Notes: generated from the sequence alone by a model not told the origin. A stretch of 64,000 nucleotides of DNA from Eledone cirrhosa (GCA_964016885.1 OZ024742.1:160704001-160768000); one strand, 5' to 3'. Numbered from the stretch's first letter, positions 1 through 13,316 are shown. A program made the numbers and translations.

Positions 1-2560
1 TCTGAGCATTGGCTCCTTACTATAGGTCACGTATTTGTATAGGTTGTTTTTCTCCATCTGAACACAGTCCTCTATGCTGATAAGACCTCTTCCACCCTCA
101 GATCTCCTTAGGTAGAGTCTATCGACATCACTCCTCTTGTGGAACATGTTGTAGATAGTCAATAGCTTCCTAGTCTTCCTATCCATTTCTTTCTGTTCAG
201 CAACATTCCATCTCAGAATTCCCGCACTGTACCTAATAATAGACACAGCTCGGGAATTTACTGCGCTTATGGCATTTCTGCTGTTCAGATGTGACTTCAA
301 TACGCTCCTTACTCTCCGAATGTATTCAGTTCTTAACAATTCCTTCATTTTTTTTGTTCTTTATGCCATCAGCCTCCAGAACGCCCAAATACTTGTATCC
401 TTCCTCAGAGTCAATTTCCTTTATCATCTCACCTGTTGGTATCTGGATCCCGTTACTTCTGCTCAACCTACCCCTCTTCATCACAATGACTCCACATTTA
501 CCAATACCAAACTGCATACATATATCACTGCTGAAAATACGGACAGTGTCAACAAGCACATCCAACTCCTTCTCACTTTTCCCGAAGAGCTTAAGATCGT
601 CCATGAAGAGGAGGTGATTGATGGTAAGCTCTCCCCTTCCCAACTTGTATCCTGCTCTCACTTTTCGCAGCATAATGGTCAAGGGCATCAGGGCAAGGAC
701 AAACAACAGAGGGGACAGGCTATCTCCCTGGAAGATACCTCTCTTGATCTTCACGCTTCCCAAGGATACTCCAGTTGATGTCAACTCTGTCTCCCAGGAC
801 CCCATACTCCTGCCTAGCAACTGTCTGATGTTATCCGCCACCCTGAAGATCTCCAGGCTTTTGGTGATCCAAGAATGAGGCACCATGTCAAATGCCTTTC
901 TGTAGTCTATCCATCCCATGGCAAGATCAGTGTGTCTCCTCCTGCAATTCCCCATTACCATCTTATCAATAAGCAACTGGTCCTTTGTACCACGTGACTT
1001 CTTTCGGCATCCTTTCTGTTCGTCCGGTAACAAGTTGTTTGTGTGGAGGTGATGGTAGATTTCCTCAGACACAATGCTCGTCAACAGTTTCCACATTACG
1101 GGCAGACATGTGATAGGTCTATAGTTGGTAGCATCATTACCCTTGATTCGGTCTTTCATTATCAGAACTGTGGTACCTTTTGTCAACCACTCTGGCACCT
1201 CACCCGACACCAAGCAGTCATTGAACATGGCCGTCAGCTTCGGGTGGAGGGATGTTAGATGTTTAATCCAATACCCCTGCACACCATCTGGGCCTGGTGA
1301 TTTCCAGTTGGTTAGTTTTTTGGCTTGCCCCTTAAGAGTTTCAACTGTGATACTCAAATCAGTCTGTTGCTGTGCCTGCTCACCGATCTCCCTCTGTACT
1401 GTCTCAATCCACCCTGCCTGGGCATTGTGTCTAACATCCTGCTCCCATATTCCTCTCCAGAATGTTTTAGTTTGCTCCGCCCCAGGGATCAAGTCGTTGC
1501 CTCTTTCTTTGCCCTCAAGCTGTCCAAACAGCATCTTCTGGTTGTTGTCGAACATGCGGTTCTGTTTATACTGACTGACTCTGTTCTCGTATCGCCTGAT
1601 TTTTGCACTCTTTGCTACAATGCGTTGCTTCAATTCCTCTATGATAATATTTAGCTTTTTACTCCTAGTTTTGTATTTTATTTCCAGTCTATTTTTAGTG
1701 CCTATGTTTTTTAGTGTCCCATTCAGTAGTGACTCAAGCTTTCCTATGTCATTTCTCATTTCCCCGATTTGCCCACTCAGTCGCTTCTTCCACCACGGCT
1801 CTGCTCTTTCTTGTCTGTTGTTTCCTCTCGTTTTTATACCAAGTAGTTTCCTCACCGTATTTGCTGTTGCTCTGAGGATATTGTTGCACTGGTGAAGGCT
1901 CCTCGCCTCAAGGTATGGGATGACTTTGTTTACCTTAGCTGTTGTTTCTTTTAACTTTTTCCTGTCTACAAATCTTAGGTTTATAGGTCTCCCACTATCA
2001 TTGTTCAATTCATCTACCACTAAATTTAGGATGTCAACCGAATCTTGTCCTAGCCCATCAGCATTCATCTCCTCAGTGGCCGTATCTCTGTTCCAGGTAT
2101 TATTTATCTCAGTACTCAGATCATTGTCTGCTTCGGGTGGTTTCTCCGTTCTCAGGACCTCCTCACCTTCATTTCCCACCGGCTCGCTTGTCTGGCATAC
2201 TACACCCGCCATCTCCAAGCCATTCTCTCTGCTCAGTTCCTCCAGTTCCAGCTCGCTTATCCACCCATTAGTTCTTATTACCCGAGCCTGCCCGGCCAAT
2301 TTTTGTTCATCTAATTTAAATAAACCAATCTCGTTCCAGATGTTATGCATCCGTCTCCTGTAGCCCCTCTCCTTGGGGTTACTTTTCAGGTAGCATTGCA
2401 TAACAGTTCTATTCAATTCTTTCGTCCAGTTGGTTCTGGCCCCTTTCCTTCTTCTCCTTCCTCCAACATCAGCAGTATTTGGTTGACAGTCAGGTTCCTG
2501 CTGCTGAGCCAGGGGGCACCTGTTGGGTGAGAGTCTGTCACATGACGTTCTAGTCTCCAT
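1..2560 (-). mobile_element. R4/Dong-like non-LTR retrotransposon (family A), N-terminal part plus RT; runs off the left edge
   Basis: ORF 326-2560 has RT motifs KSPGPDG, NYRPITCL, WIDYRKAFD, GIFQGDSLSP and LFMDD, and no APE domain. A frameshift in the T-run near 348-356 is followed by in-family sequence (EYIRRVRSVLKSHLNSRN) toward position 1. Confidence 0.85.
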
Positions 2561-2866
2561 TTCACCGTTATTCGAACTGTTTATGTTCGATATTTAAACA
2601 CTCTTATCGAGGATTGGCGAATGTATGTTTACATAGCCATCTGTGGATCCGCCATCCCACTTGGCCCTTGTGTGGCATTATCGCCACGCTGTATACGAAC
2701 ACACATAAACAAACAAACACACAGGCAGAAAGGGCCCCAGAAATGAATAAGCATAAGTTTCATTGTAATGTAGTGTTCGAATGTCTGACTTAGTTTTAGT
2801 TTTTTAAGTTTTACTTCCCCCCCCCCCTCTTCTCTGTCCGTCCGCCTGCTTCTCTCTTCATTCTTA

Positions 2867-3839
2867 TTTTCTTTACGTTTTTGGGGTTTCTTTTTTCTGT
2901 TTTTGTTTTTCTCTGTTTGTTTTTCTCGTTTTTTGCTGTTGTTGCTGTGCTGCTTTGGTTTTGTTGTTTGTTTTTTCTTTTTTCTTTTGGGTCTATCTAT
3001 ATATTTTGATGCCTTCCTCTTTGTTAGTAGTAGGAATTCTATAATGTGGAAGTAGCAGCCAGCAGGGAAGTGGGAGACTGGCGGCGTTAGCGATACTGAG
3101 ACAGTGGTGGTGGTGATGTCGATACCGAGGCAGTGGTGGCGGTGATGTGACCGTATTACTGTAGTGATGGTGCTGTAGCGGAGTCAAGGGGTGGTGGCGG
3201 CGGTGATGGGATAGTGGTTGTAATGATGGCCGTAGTGAGCGGTGGCGGTGAAGGTGAAAATGTGTCGTTATCTGGCTGTTGTGTTTAGTGTACACAGATG
3301 ATGGGGTGGGTGGTGTATCTAGTTTCTGGTGTTGGTGAGTTTAGCTGTCCTATATAGTGTAGCCAGAGGAGAGGAGGGGAGGGGTTCTTCTTCCATTTAT
3401 AGCCATTTTTTTTGGGGGGGATATACAGTGTACAATACAAAGTTGAATATTTGAATATTTGAGCCTTATAACAATATATTTTCTTTACGTTTTGAGCCTT
3501 ATAACAATATATTTTCTTTACGTTTTGAGCCTTATAACAATATATTTTCTTTACGTTTTTGGGGTTTCTTTTTTTTGTTTTTGTTTTTCTCTGTTTGTTT
3601 TTCTCGTTTTTTGCTGTTGTTGCTGTGCTGCTTTGGTTTTGTTGTTTGTTTTTTCTTTTTTCTTTTGGGTCTATCTATATATTTTGATGCCTTCCTCTTT
3701 GTTAGTAGTAGGAATTCTATAATGTGGAAGTAGCAGCCAGCAGGGAAGTGGGAGACTGGCGGCGTTAGCGATACTGAGACAGTGGTGGTGGTGATGTCGA
3801 TACCGAGGCAGTGGTGGCGGTGATGTGACCGTATTACTG
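2867..3839. repeat. ~290-bp direct duplication (about 2867-3160 and 3545-3839) plus three ~33-bp tandem units near 3459-3560
   Basis: Near-identical text from ttttctttacgtttttggggtttc to gtgatgtgaccgtattactg occurs twice; tttgagccttataacaatatattttctttacgt occurs three times. Confidence 0.85.
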
Positions 3840-3872
3840 GTGATGTGACCGTATTACGGCGGTGATGTGACC

Positions 3873-3955
<83 letters not shown>

Positions 3956-5390
3956 TGCTTTGCATTTATCTTGCTTTATGTTCATACGAGTTATCACCAA
4001 GTCACAACCAGTGACCTCAAGAGACAACAAGGTCCGCCATGTTCAAGGAAGAACATACATATTCACACATGCATCTTTAGTGTTTAGACTTGTGATGTAC
4101 TTATATTGACAGAATCTTCCTTAGTATATGGGCAGTTCCCATTAGTACTATCTTTTGTATTTCTCCTATACGCGGGTTTCCTGGGATTTGCGATATGTAA
4201 TCATTAGACCCCTTAGGTATCATTCCCAGAGCGCCTACAACCACTGGTATTGTTTTAGTTCTCAATTTCCACATTTTTCCAATTTCTATCTCCAGGTCCT
4301 TATACTTGCCCAATTTTTCAAATGTTTTTATAGATACATTCTTGTCTATTGGAACAGACATATCAATTAGCAGGCATACCCTCTTTTGAAAGTCTTTCAA
4401 TATTATATCAGGTCTGTTTGCATCTATTTTTCGGTCTGTTTGGATGCTAAAGTTCCACAAGATTGAGATGTGATCTTTTTCAAGTATGGGAGGTGGTTGA
4501 TGCTCCCACCAATTCTTTTGATGGGGCAGGTCAAAATGCTTACACATTATCCAATGTATGTATTGTGCAGCTCTGTCATGCCTGTTTAGGTATTCGGTTG
4601 GAGCTATAGGACTGCACATTGAAATTATATGGTCAATGGTCTCTGGTTGTTTTTTGCATACACGGCATAATGGGCTGTACCCATTTTTTATTATGTTGGC
4701 TTGGTAATTTTTTGTTGGCAGACATTGATCTTGTGCCGATATAATCAGTCCTTCAGTCTCCGATTTCAGTCCAGAGGATGCCAACCACTGATGGGTTAAA
4801 GTTTTGTCAACATCAGGATTGTTAGCTCGCTCTGGGTATTTTCCATACAGAGGCTTTTCTTGCCATTTCTTAGCCAGTTTCTGTAGCAGTTCTTTCTTTG
4901 CAGTTAGTTTTACCTGCTTTGCTTTTTCTGTGTTTTCCATTTCAGCAGTAAATGGGACTTCTGAAATTTGTAGTCCATTACTGTATCTTTGTGCATCTTT
5001 TGTAATGGAATATGATCTGTTGATGCTTTCGTGTTTCAAAACGAGTTTGATCATCCAATCATGTGATTCCCTTAGATATGTAGATAATCCAATTGTTGCA
5101 GTTTTCAACGCAATGTCTAACTGGATTAACCCACGTCCTCCTTCTTTTCTAGGGAGATATATTCTATCTATATCTGCCTTAGGGTGATGCATTCTGTGCA
5201 TGGTTAGGAATTTTCGAATTTTTGTATCGAGCCTACGGATCTCTGTGCTTGACCAGTTGATGACATTGTAACTGTAGGTTACTACTGGTATGGCAAGCGT
5301 GTTTATGGCATCGATCCTATTCCTTGCATTCAATTCCGTTTTTAAGATTGCTCTTACTCTGCGGTAACATTCCTTCCTTATCCTTTCCCT
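3956..5390 (-). mobile_element. R4/Dong-like non-LTR retrotransposon (family B), 5'-truncated, with zinc knuckle and restriction-like endonuclease
   Basis: ORF 4101-5333 contains CRVC..ETIDHIISMC, RHD, RPDII..LIDMSV..K..KY. The 3' UTR ends in a (TAA)n tract, seen as (TTA)n at about 3873-3955. Confidence 0.9.
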
Positions 5391-5404
5391 TCACAAACAC
5401 CTAA

Positions 5405-5448
<44 letters not shown>

Positions 5449-6095
5449 GCCACTACTCTTTGAGTCTCAGTCATTGATGTTAGTTAACTGGAAAGTTTGT
5501 TGAGATGAATATCAAGCGACTACCTGCAGCCTCAGATATTCAGGACGTATAGCAGGGTTCCTGCTGTTCCCAGCAAGCATGCCTTTTGAAGCGTTCCAAA
5601 AAGCGTGAAGGGGCCGATTTTCTTTAACCATCCCTGGAAACTTTTTGAGATAGTCCCCAGTGCGCCTATGACAATCGGGATCACTTTGACTTCATGGCAG
5701 TTCCAAATCCTTTTTACCTCCCACTTTAAGTTTTGGTATCGGTTAATTTTCTCCCTCTCCTTCTCTTGCACTCTCGTGTCGAACGGGCAGGCCACATCCA
5801 CAATCAGACACGCTCTTTTTTCTTTGTCCACAACCACCAGGTCAGGTCTATCGTGTTTCAGTTTCTTGTCCGTCTGTATCCTAAAATCCCACAGCACCTT
5901 CACCTGATCGTTCTCCATCACCGCCTCTGGCCTATGCTCATACCATTTCTCAGAATGTGGTAAATTGTTTACTTTGCACAGGTGCCAGTGGATCACCCTG
6001 CCCATCACATCATGTCTCCAGCCCTTATAGTGGGTCTGGGCTAGGTGTTTACACTCGGATACAATGTGAGCCACAGTCTCCTCTCTCTCTCCACA
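5449..6095 (-). mobile_element. R4/Dong-like 3' fragment (RLE domain) of a different family
   Basis: ORF 5532-6074 contains HIVSEC, RHD, RPDLVV..IVDVACP..EKINRY; (TTA)n flanks both sides. Confidence 0.85.
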
Positions 6096-6116
6096 TATTA
6101 TTATTATTATTATTAT

Positions 6117-6299
6117 TGGTGGATTGGCAGTATCGGTAGAGGGTCGGACGCCATGCTTTCCAGCATAGTTACGTCCCTTTACGATCTGAGTTCAAATCCC
6201 GCCGAGGTTGACTTTGCCTTTCATCCTTACGGGGTCGATAAAATAAAGTACCAGTAATGCACTGGGTAATTGCTGGCCTTGTGCCTAAAGTAGAAACAA
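6117..6299 (+). mobile_element. tRNA-derived SINE
   Basis: A-box-like tggcagtatcgg, B-box-like gagttcaaatccc, conserved body tttcatccttacggggtcgataaaataaagtacc, and an (ATT)n tail. Many copies occur in the window. Confidence 0.85.
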
Positions 6300-6324
6300 T
6301 TATTATTATTATTATTATTATAGT

Positions 6325-9216
6325 GAATTTTAGGATGATTTTGCATGTTATTGTTATCTAAGTATTTAATTTTACTCGTGTAGCCAGCTCTATGTAAAGC
6401 ATCATTGTAATATTCTGCCTTGTTATCAAAAATATTCTTATTAGCTGAAATGCGTGAAATTCGTTGCTGGTCACTATCGACAATAGTATTTTTTACATTT
6501 ATAGGATGGTTAGAATGGAAGCTTACGTAGTTTAGGTTTTCATTAATATTATTGAAATAGTGATATCGACCTGAGCTAAGGTTTAAAGTTATATCTAAGA
6601 AGTTAACAGTTTTATTATTATTCTCGATTTCTTATTTTAAGGTTGTAATTATTGAAAAATTCTATGATAGATTTCCTTTTCCTATTGCTATGGTTTTCGA
6701 CTAAAAGTAACATATCGTTGCGATAAAAACCTCCGGCCATCTCTGGCATTTTTCTATGTAGTACATTAAGAATAAATATTCCAGCGAGGTCTGTTACTTG
6801 AGCTGAGTCAGATGATCCAATTGTGATGTCGAAATTGTTTTGTCTGTCAGCCCTTGTCCAGAGATAGTTATTAAATTCAATTAGTGTTTTGCGTGCGGTT
6901 AAAATGATATTTATTTCTTCACTAGATAAGTCCATATATTTTGAAGTATCAATAAGTGCCTTATTAAGTAAGTTAAGGGTAATTGAGGAGTAGTAATGAG
7001 CAATATCCATTTGTATAAACTTTTCTTATGTTTTAATTTAATGTCTACAAACCAATCTATTACTTCATTTGTACCGTTCCATAGTTTAAGATGTGATTTT
7101 TGCTTAAGTACCGGTATAATCCTATCTAGTATATGTTTGCTAATTATGCCTAAATCAAATTTAGATGGTGCAATGAATCTAACTGGTAGTTCAACTTCAA
7201 AGTTTCTTTTATTGTCTTTCTTCGGTTTCTTAGGTATAAAAGGTTCTGTCTTATTTTGAATGCCTAATTTATAAATAATTTCCGAAGCTTCTTTATTTAG
7301 GGTTGATAGATCTTCATTTGAGGTTTTATTTTATAGTTTTTCCTAAGTTCATTCAATATCAAATTATTATAAGCCTCCTTTTCTATACCGTATAAGTTAT
7401 TGGTTTTGTCCGATTTTACAAGGATCTTTGTTTTTTCCAGATTGTCTATTTTGTTTTTGAGGCCTTTGAGGTATTCCTGGCCTATGAATTGTTTCTTTTT
7501 AAATTTAACGTTCTCTATTATGGAGATTATTTCATTTTCAAATACGACTAATAGTTTGTTGAAAGGTGGATTTTTCCTTGATGGAAAATAAGATCAAAAG
7601 TATATTTGGATTTTTTTTTTCTTTTCCGATTTGTTATCAAAATGGAAAGCGCGCCATTTAAGTCTCCTTATGAAAGAATCGGATTTTTCTATTAGTTGTT
7701 TTAAATATTCCTTATTTTTAGGTAGTGGTACATCCTTAACAGATAAAGATATCTTTAAAAAATTCCATTATTAATTTTTTACAATCTGTTATAGTTTAAA
7801 GTGCTCTACATTAAAGGAGCTATTTATAAGAAAAGAGATGTTTAATTTGTTTGTTATTCAACAAATTTATTTATAACAGATTCGAAGCACTCTACAGTTT
7901 TCTGGAGTATAATATCAATGATATTAATAAATGGAAACTATATTTATAAAACCATATTTATTTTATTATATATATTTCAAGGGTACCAAATACATATATA
8001 AAAGAATTCTCATCTTTGAAAACATCTAAACATATAAAGTACCTTATAATCATATACAAAATAATATATTAAGTTGTTCTACTTATATTCCGCATATATC
8101 TTAATTGTATATTTCTTTAAAAGTAAATTCTAGAATTAAATGACATATGTAATATAATTATTTTAACTAAGCAACATTGGAGTTATCTTTTCCTTTATAA
8201 TGTACCACGCTTAAACATTCCTTCTACTTAAAAACTAAATTTTACATAAATATTTACTTTCGTTGACTTAATAAATTTTTATCTGAATGTAGAAAATAAT
8301 CTTCTCAAATAAAATTTATAACTACGTCCTTTTCTTAACTATATATTGAAAATGTAAACACAAAATTTTTCGTAACGCTTAACATTTAATTTACTATCTA
8401 GTGAAAATAACAACATATATACTCACCAAAAATATTTATATAAATACTTATATAAATAACCCGTTGTAATATAATAAACTAAAATATACTTACAACCTTA
8501 AAATATACTTATAAATATTATATATATTATATTATAACTCATGATTTGAATAGATCCAATAATTTGTTATATATCTCAATTTTTTTTTTTTTTATTTTAA
8601 ATTGGTATTTCACCACTTCAACACATTCTTAACTCGCATATTATTTTATAGATACTACCAAAATATATGTCTATATAATTAACTAATTAAATATAATTAT
8701 ATCACTCTCTTTACACCATCACTGATATGATCTATACAATTTTATCTTAATAATAATAGTGTATTTCTAACTATATTTTTTTAAATTTTCTTACACCATA
8801 ATATTAATATTAGCCTCTCTTTTTTCCTTTTATAAATTATCCTAATAATTATCTAAATTTACCTAGCGTCTCAATATAACGATCTTTTTTCAGCCTTACG
8901 TTTCCACCTCATTTACATATTCATCCTAAGGATTTGAAATTTTTCTTTCACTATCCAAACTGAACCTGAACCGATAAGGTCTGGTTTCTTGGGTATGTCA
9001 ACATTTATAAAACCAATTTTGTATTTTATCTGATGAGTGCGTACCAAAATTTTCGTACCCTGGAAATATATATAATAAAATAAATATGGTTTTATAAATA
9101 TAGTTTCCATTTATTAATTTCATTGATATCATACACCAGAAAACTGTAGAGTGCTTCGAGTCTGTTATAAATAAATTTATTGAATAACCAACAAATTAAA
9201 TATCTCTTTGCTTATA
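6325..9216 (-). mobile_element. Degenerate Penelope-like element with inverted pseudo-LTR arrangement
   Basis: Broken RT (MDIAHYYSSI, FDITIGSSDSAQVTDLAG, FYRND) and an N-terminus from ATG at 7768 (SVKDVPLP..FIRRLKWRAFHF). A ~160-bp inverted repeat pairs 7825-7986 with 9055-9216. Confidence 0.75.
9022..9082 (+). ncRNA. Minimal type I hammerhead ribozyme in a PLE pseudo-LTR (stem II degenerate)
   Basis: tattttat-CTGATGA-gtgcgtac..gtaccctg-GAAA-tatatat-A-ataaaata: 8-bp stem I and palindromic helix III (ATATATAT). Confidence 0.65.
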
Positions 9217-9365
9217 TCTTTATATATATATATTTATAATTCTATATAATATGTGTGTGTATATATATATATATATATATAGTAATAATAATAAATTGGA
9301 AGACTAAAATCCAAAGAGGGCTCGATAAGGATAAGTATATATCCAATATATAAGAACCGTAGAGC

Positions 9366-11274
9366 AAATATTTATTGAAATAACAGATTAAAGTTTAAGC
9401 AAAGAATCGCTGCTTTCACCCTTAACGGGATCTTCTGAAAATAACAATTTTCCGAACAACCCCTCTATTCGGCTTATTAACGCTACGAAGTCCGATTTAG
9501 GTAGACATAGTAAGACGATTCTTGATAGAATTATACCCGAAATTCGAAGTTTGGCCCCTCTTGCACTGTAGAACAATTCCTTCGCGGTGATTGATTGGTT
9601 CAACGGCATATCTGACAAGGAACATTGCCGTTTTATCCAATTCGACATCAACAATTACTACTCCTCCATCACTTTACCACTTCTCCTTAGAGCTATCAAT
9701 TTCGCTAAAACACTCACAGTGGTTAAGGATTTCGAAGTTGATGTCATCCTCAATGCCCGTAAGTCGGTGATTAATTTCGACGACTCTATTTGGATTAAAA
9801 AATCCAATTGTACCCCATTCGACGTGAGTATGGGCGCCAGTGATTCTGCGGAGGTTACTGATCTTATCGGCCTTTTTCCTTCTTTTCTCTATCAAGGACG
9901 AATTGCCCAACGCGGGCGGTGGTTTGTACCGTGACGATGGTCATTTGACCATGACTAAGTGCGGACCTCGTGCTTGCGACAGGTTCAGAAAAGAACTCAC
10001 AACCTTCTTTAAAGGCTTCAACTCTCTATACAGGTTGAGGCCAATCTCTCGGTCGTTAATTACCTCGACGTTACCCTCAACTTATTGAATGGGTTGTATT
10101 ACCCGTATAGAAAGCCGAACGATACGCTTAATTACATAAGTAAGCATTCCAACCATCCTGCCAGCATAACCAAGAACCTGGTAAGAAACGTTTCGTTGAG
10201 GCTTTCCCGTCTTTCCACCAACGAGCGTATTTTCAACGACCATTCCACTTATTACAATGAAGCTCTTGCTCGAAGTGGATTTATCGATAAGGTAGCATAT
10301 AGAGAGTACGAAAATAGACCTAGAAGAAATAGATCCCGTCGCATTTGTTGGTATAACCCACCATATAATATGGAGGTGGCCACACCATTAGCTAAGATCT
10401 TTCTTTCCCTTATTACGAAGCATTTTCCTCCTACACATAAACATAGTAAAATTTTCAATAGAAATACTATTAAAATGTCTTACTCTACGACTCCTAACCT
10501 TGCACATAACATCACAGCTTCAAATTTAGCTAAACTACCTAGCCGTAGGAACACGTGCAACCCTGTAGTTAGTACTAACTGTAATTGTAGGAATCGGGTT
10601 GATTGCCCCCTATCCGGGAAATGCCTCTCTAGTAACATTGTCTACAAATGTAAGGTTGTAACACCCACGTCCCGTAGGGCCTACATAGGGTTAACCGCCA
10701 ATAGATTCAAGCAGCGTCTTTACATGCATACCCATTCTTTTCGTTACCCTCTAAGAAGGAATATGACGTCACTTTCAGCTTATATCTGGAGTCTAAAAGA
10801 CAACCACACCCAATATAAGTTACACTAGGAGATCCTAGCTAGGGCTAGATCGTATAACGGAAATAAAAGACCATGTGACCTCTGCGCCGCTGATGCCCTG
10901 AAATACTCTACGCCACAGACCACATCTTAAACAAAAAATCTGAGGCAATTTCGGCTTGTAAACATAAATTGCACAAAACTTTCCTCTATTACAGCCCCAC
11001 GTTATACCCTAACGGATAGTACGATCTATACGTGGATATTTTACGTCTCGATGTGGGAGCTAAGTATGTTTTGTTTATACCTTTACTTATTTACATAGCC
11101 AGCGAACGTTTCCACGAACCAAAGTATCGTCTTCCTGTCTTCCTACGGTTGCAACTTTTTTTGAAATATCCAGTTCTGCGTTTACAGATTGACTTTGTTA
11201 GTTTCAGAAGATCCCGTTAAGGGTGAACGCAGCGATTCTTTGCTTAAACTTTAAACTATTATTTTAATAAATAT
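9366..11274 (+). mobile_element. Penelope-like element (RT plus GIY-YIG endonuclease), 5'-truncated and frameshifted
   Basis: RT motifs FDINNYYSSI, MGASDSAEVTDLIG and YRDD; Cys motif CNCRNRVDCPLSGKC; GIY-YIG-type IVYKC..AYIGLT..FKQR. A ~80-bp inverted repeat pairs 9366-9446 with 11196-11274. Confidence 0.85.
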
Positions 11275-11431
11275 ATATGTATATATATATATATGTGTGT
11301 GTGTGTGTATGTGCGTGTGTGTGTGCGTGTGTGTGTGTGTGTGAGTGTATTTGAATATATATATATATATACGACTATGCAACATCTGTCTTCATATATA
11401 TATATAACTTCGTCGGGTCTAATCCCCATCA

Positions 11432-11617
11432 TAATTGTTTCTAGTTTTGGCACAAGCCCAACAATTACCCAGTACATTATTGATACTTTATTTTATCGAC
11501 CCCGTAAGGATAAAAGGCAAAGTTAACATCGGCGGGATTTGAACTCAGATCGTAAAAGTACGTAACTATGCTGGAAAGCATGACGTCCGACTCTCTACCG
11601 ATACTGCCAATCCACCG
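11432..11617 (-). mobile_element. tRNA-derived SINE
   Basis: Reverse complement of the 6117-6299 family. Confidence 0.8.
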
Positions 11618-11906
11618 TAATGCTTAATAGATACGACTGACGTGGAGAACTCATTACTGCTTGCATCTGCTTATTAACGCAACGCAACTCTTTAAATTTC
11701 ATTGCAGCTATTCATTTTCGCTGAGTATATTGGAACAAAGTGAAATGAACGCAACATGCAATCCAGTCGAGTAATCAAAACCACGACCTAGGCCACGCAC
11801 CTCGACTCCATGTATACAGACACGTCAGATACTTTTAATTGATTGACCACCTTATAAACATACAGTAACTTACAGTGTAGAACTTCACTATTTTCTTTGG
11901 TAATAA

Positions 11907-12097
11907 TAATTGCTTCTACTTTTGGCACAAGGCCAACAATTATCCCAGGGTATTACTGGTACATTATTTTATCGACCCCGTAAAGATGAAAGGCAAAGTT
12001 AACCTCGGCGGCATTTGAACTCAGATCATAAGCGCACGCAACTCTATGCTTCAAAGCATGGCGTCCGACACTCTACCGATACTGCCAATCCACCGCC
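11907..12097 (-). mobile_element. tRNA-derived SINE
   Basis: Reverse complement of the 6117-6299 family. Confidence 0.8.
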
Positions 12098-12395
12098 ATT
12101 TGGTAATAATAATAATAATTTCACATCCTTGAGTTTTTTTTATAATTTTGAAAGACAAAACAAATATATATATATATATATATATAAGTATGTATACGTA
12201 CATACATATATGTATACAGACGTTCAGTAGTATGTATATATATATACATACATGCACATATATATATATATATATACGTATGGATTCACCGAACATTTAT
12301 TATAATGCTTGGTGTGTTTGTAAACAAACCACCCAAATTAAACCGTACAGTGTCTAGAAACCATCGTTGCTCGTTTGTTCAACACTGACAGTGGA

Positions 12396-12438
12396 ACGCT
12401 GTACTAGTTTCAAGCTTATTAGCTATCCTCAGCAACGT
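12396..12438 (-). ncRNA. Minimal type I hammerhead ribozyme, intact core (unit 1)
   Basis: Minus strand reads acgttg-CTGAGGA-t-agct-aata-agct-t-GAAA-ctag-T-A-cagcgt. Confidence 0.8.
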
Positions 12439-13078
12439 ATACCTTCCTGCCAGATGATTCAACGTCTGAAAGTATATACTTTCCTTATGCATATTAACGG
12501 CTGAACAGCCTAATTTGCATATCGAGTGGGTTAATCGGCCGGGGCACCGAAAACGATAAACGGAAAAAATGAAACGAAATTTCATTTCCCACTCTTATTA
12601 CGGCTGTTACTTAAATATAAGTATGTATACGTAAATACATGTATGTATACAGACGTACAGTAGTATGTATATATATATATACATACACACATATATATAT
12701 GTACGTATGGATTCACCGAACATTTATTATAATGCTTGGTGTGTTTGTAAACAAACATCCCGTATTAAGCCGTAGTGTCTAGCAAACATCGTTGCTCGTT
12801 TGTTCAACACTGACAAAGTAACGCTGTACTAGTTTCAAGCTTATTAGCAACGTATACCTTCCTGCCAGATGATTGAACGTCTGAATGTATATACTTTCCT
12901 GATGCATATTAACGACTGAGCATTCTAATTTGCATATCGAGTGGGTTGATCGGCCGGGTGCACCGAAAATGATATACGGAAAAATGAAACGAAATTTCAT
13001 TTCCCACTCTTAGTACGGCTGTTACTTAAATATAAGTATGTATACGTACATACATATATGTATACAGACGTTCAGTCG

Positions 13079-13137
<59 letters not shown>

Positions 13138-13273
13138 GCACACATATATATATGTACGTATGGAATCACCGAACATTTATTATAGTTCTTGGTGTGTTTG
13201 TAAACAAACATCCCGTATTAAGCCGTAGTGTCTAGGAAACATCGTTGCTCGTTTGTTCAACACTGACAAAGGA

Positions 13274-13316
13274 ACGCTGTACTAGTTTCAAGCTTATTGG
13301 CTATCGTCAGCAGCGT
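13274..13316 (-). ncRNA. Minimal type I hammerhead ribozyme, intact core (unit 3)
   Basis: acgctg-CTGACGA-tagccaataagctt-GAAA-ctagTA-cagcgt: perfect stem I, one mismatch in stem II. Confidence 0.75.

Noticed and set aside
6117-6210. SINE heads as tRNA genes
   Set aside because: A and B boxes are present, but there is no full cloverleaf and they are followed by the SINE body and tail.
12450-12485. Plus-strand hammerhead-like or box C/D-like string cagatga..ctgaaagtatatacttt
   Set aside because: The core is CAGAUGA, there is no stem I partner, and the C/D spacing is too short. The convincing motif is on the minus strand.
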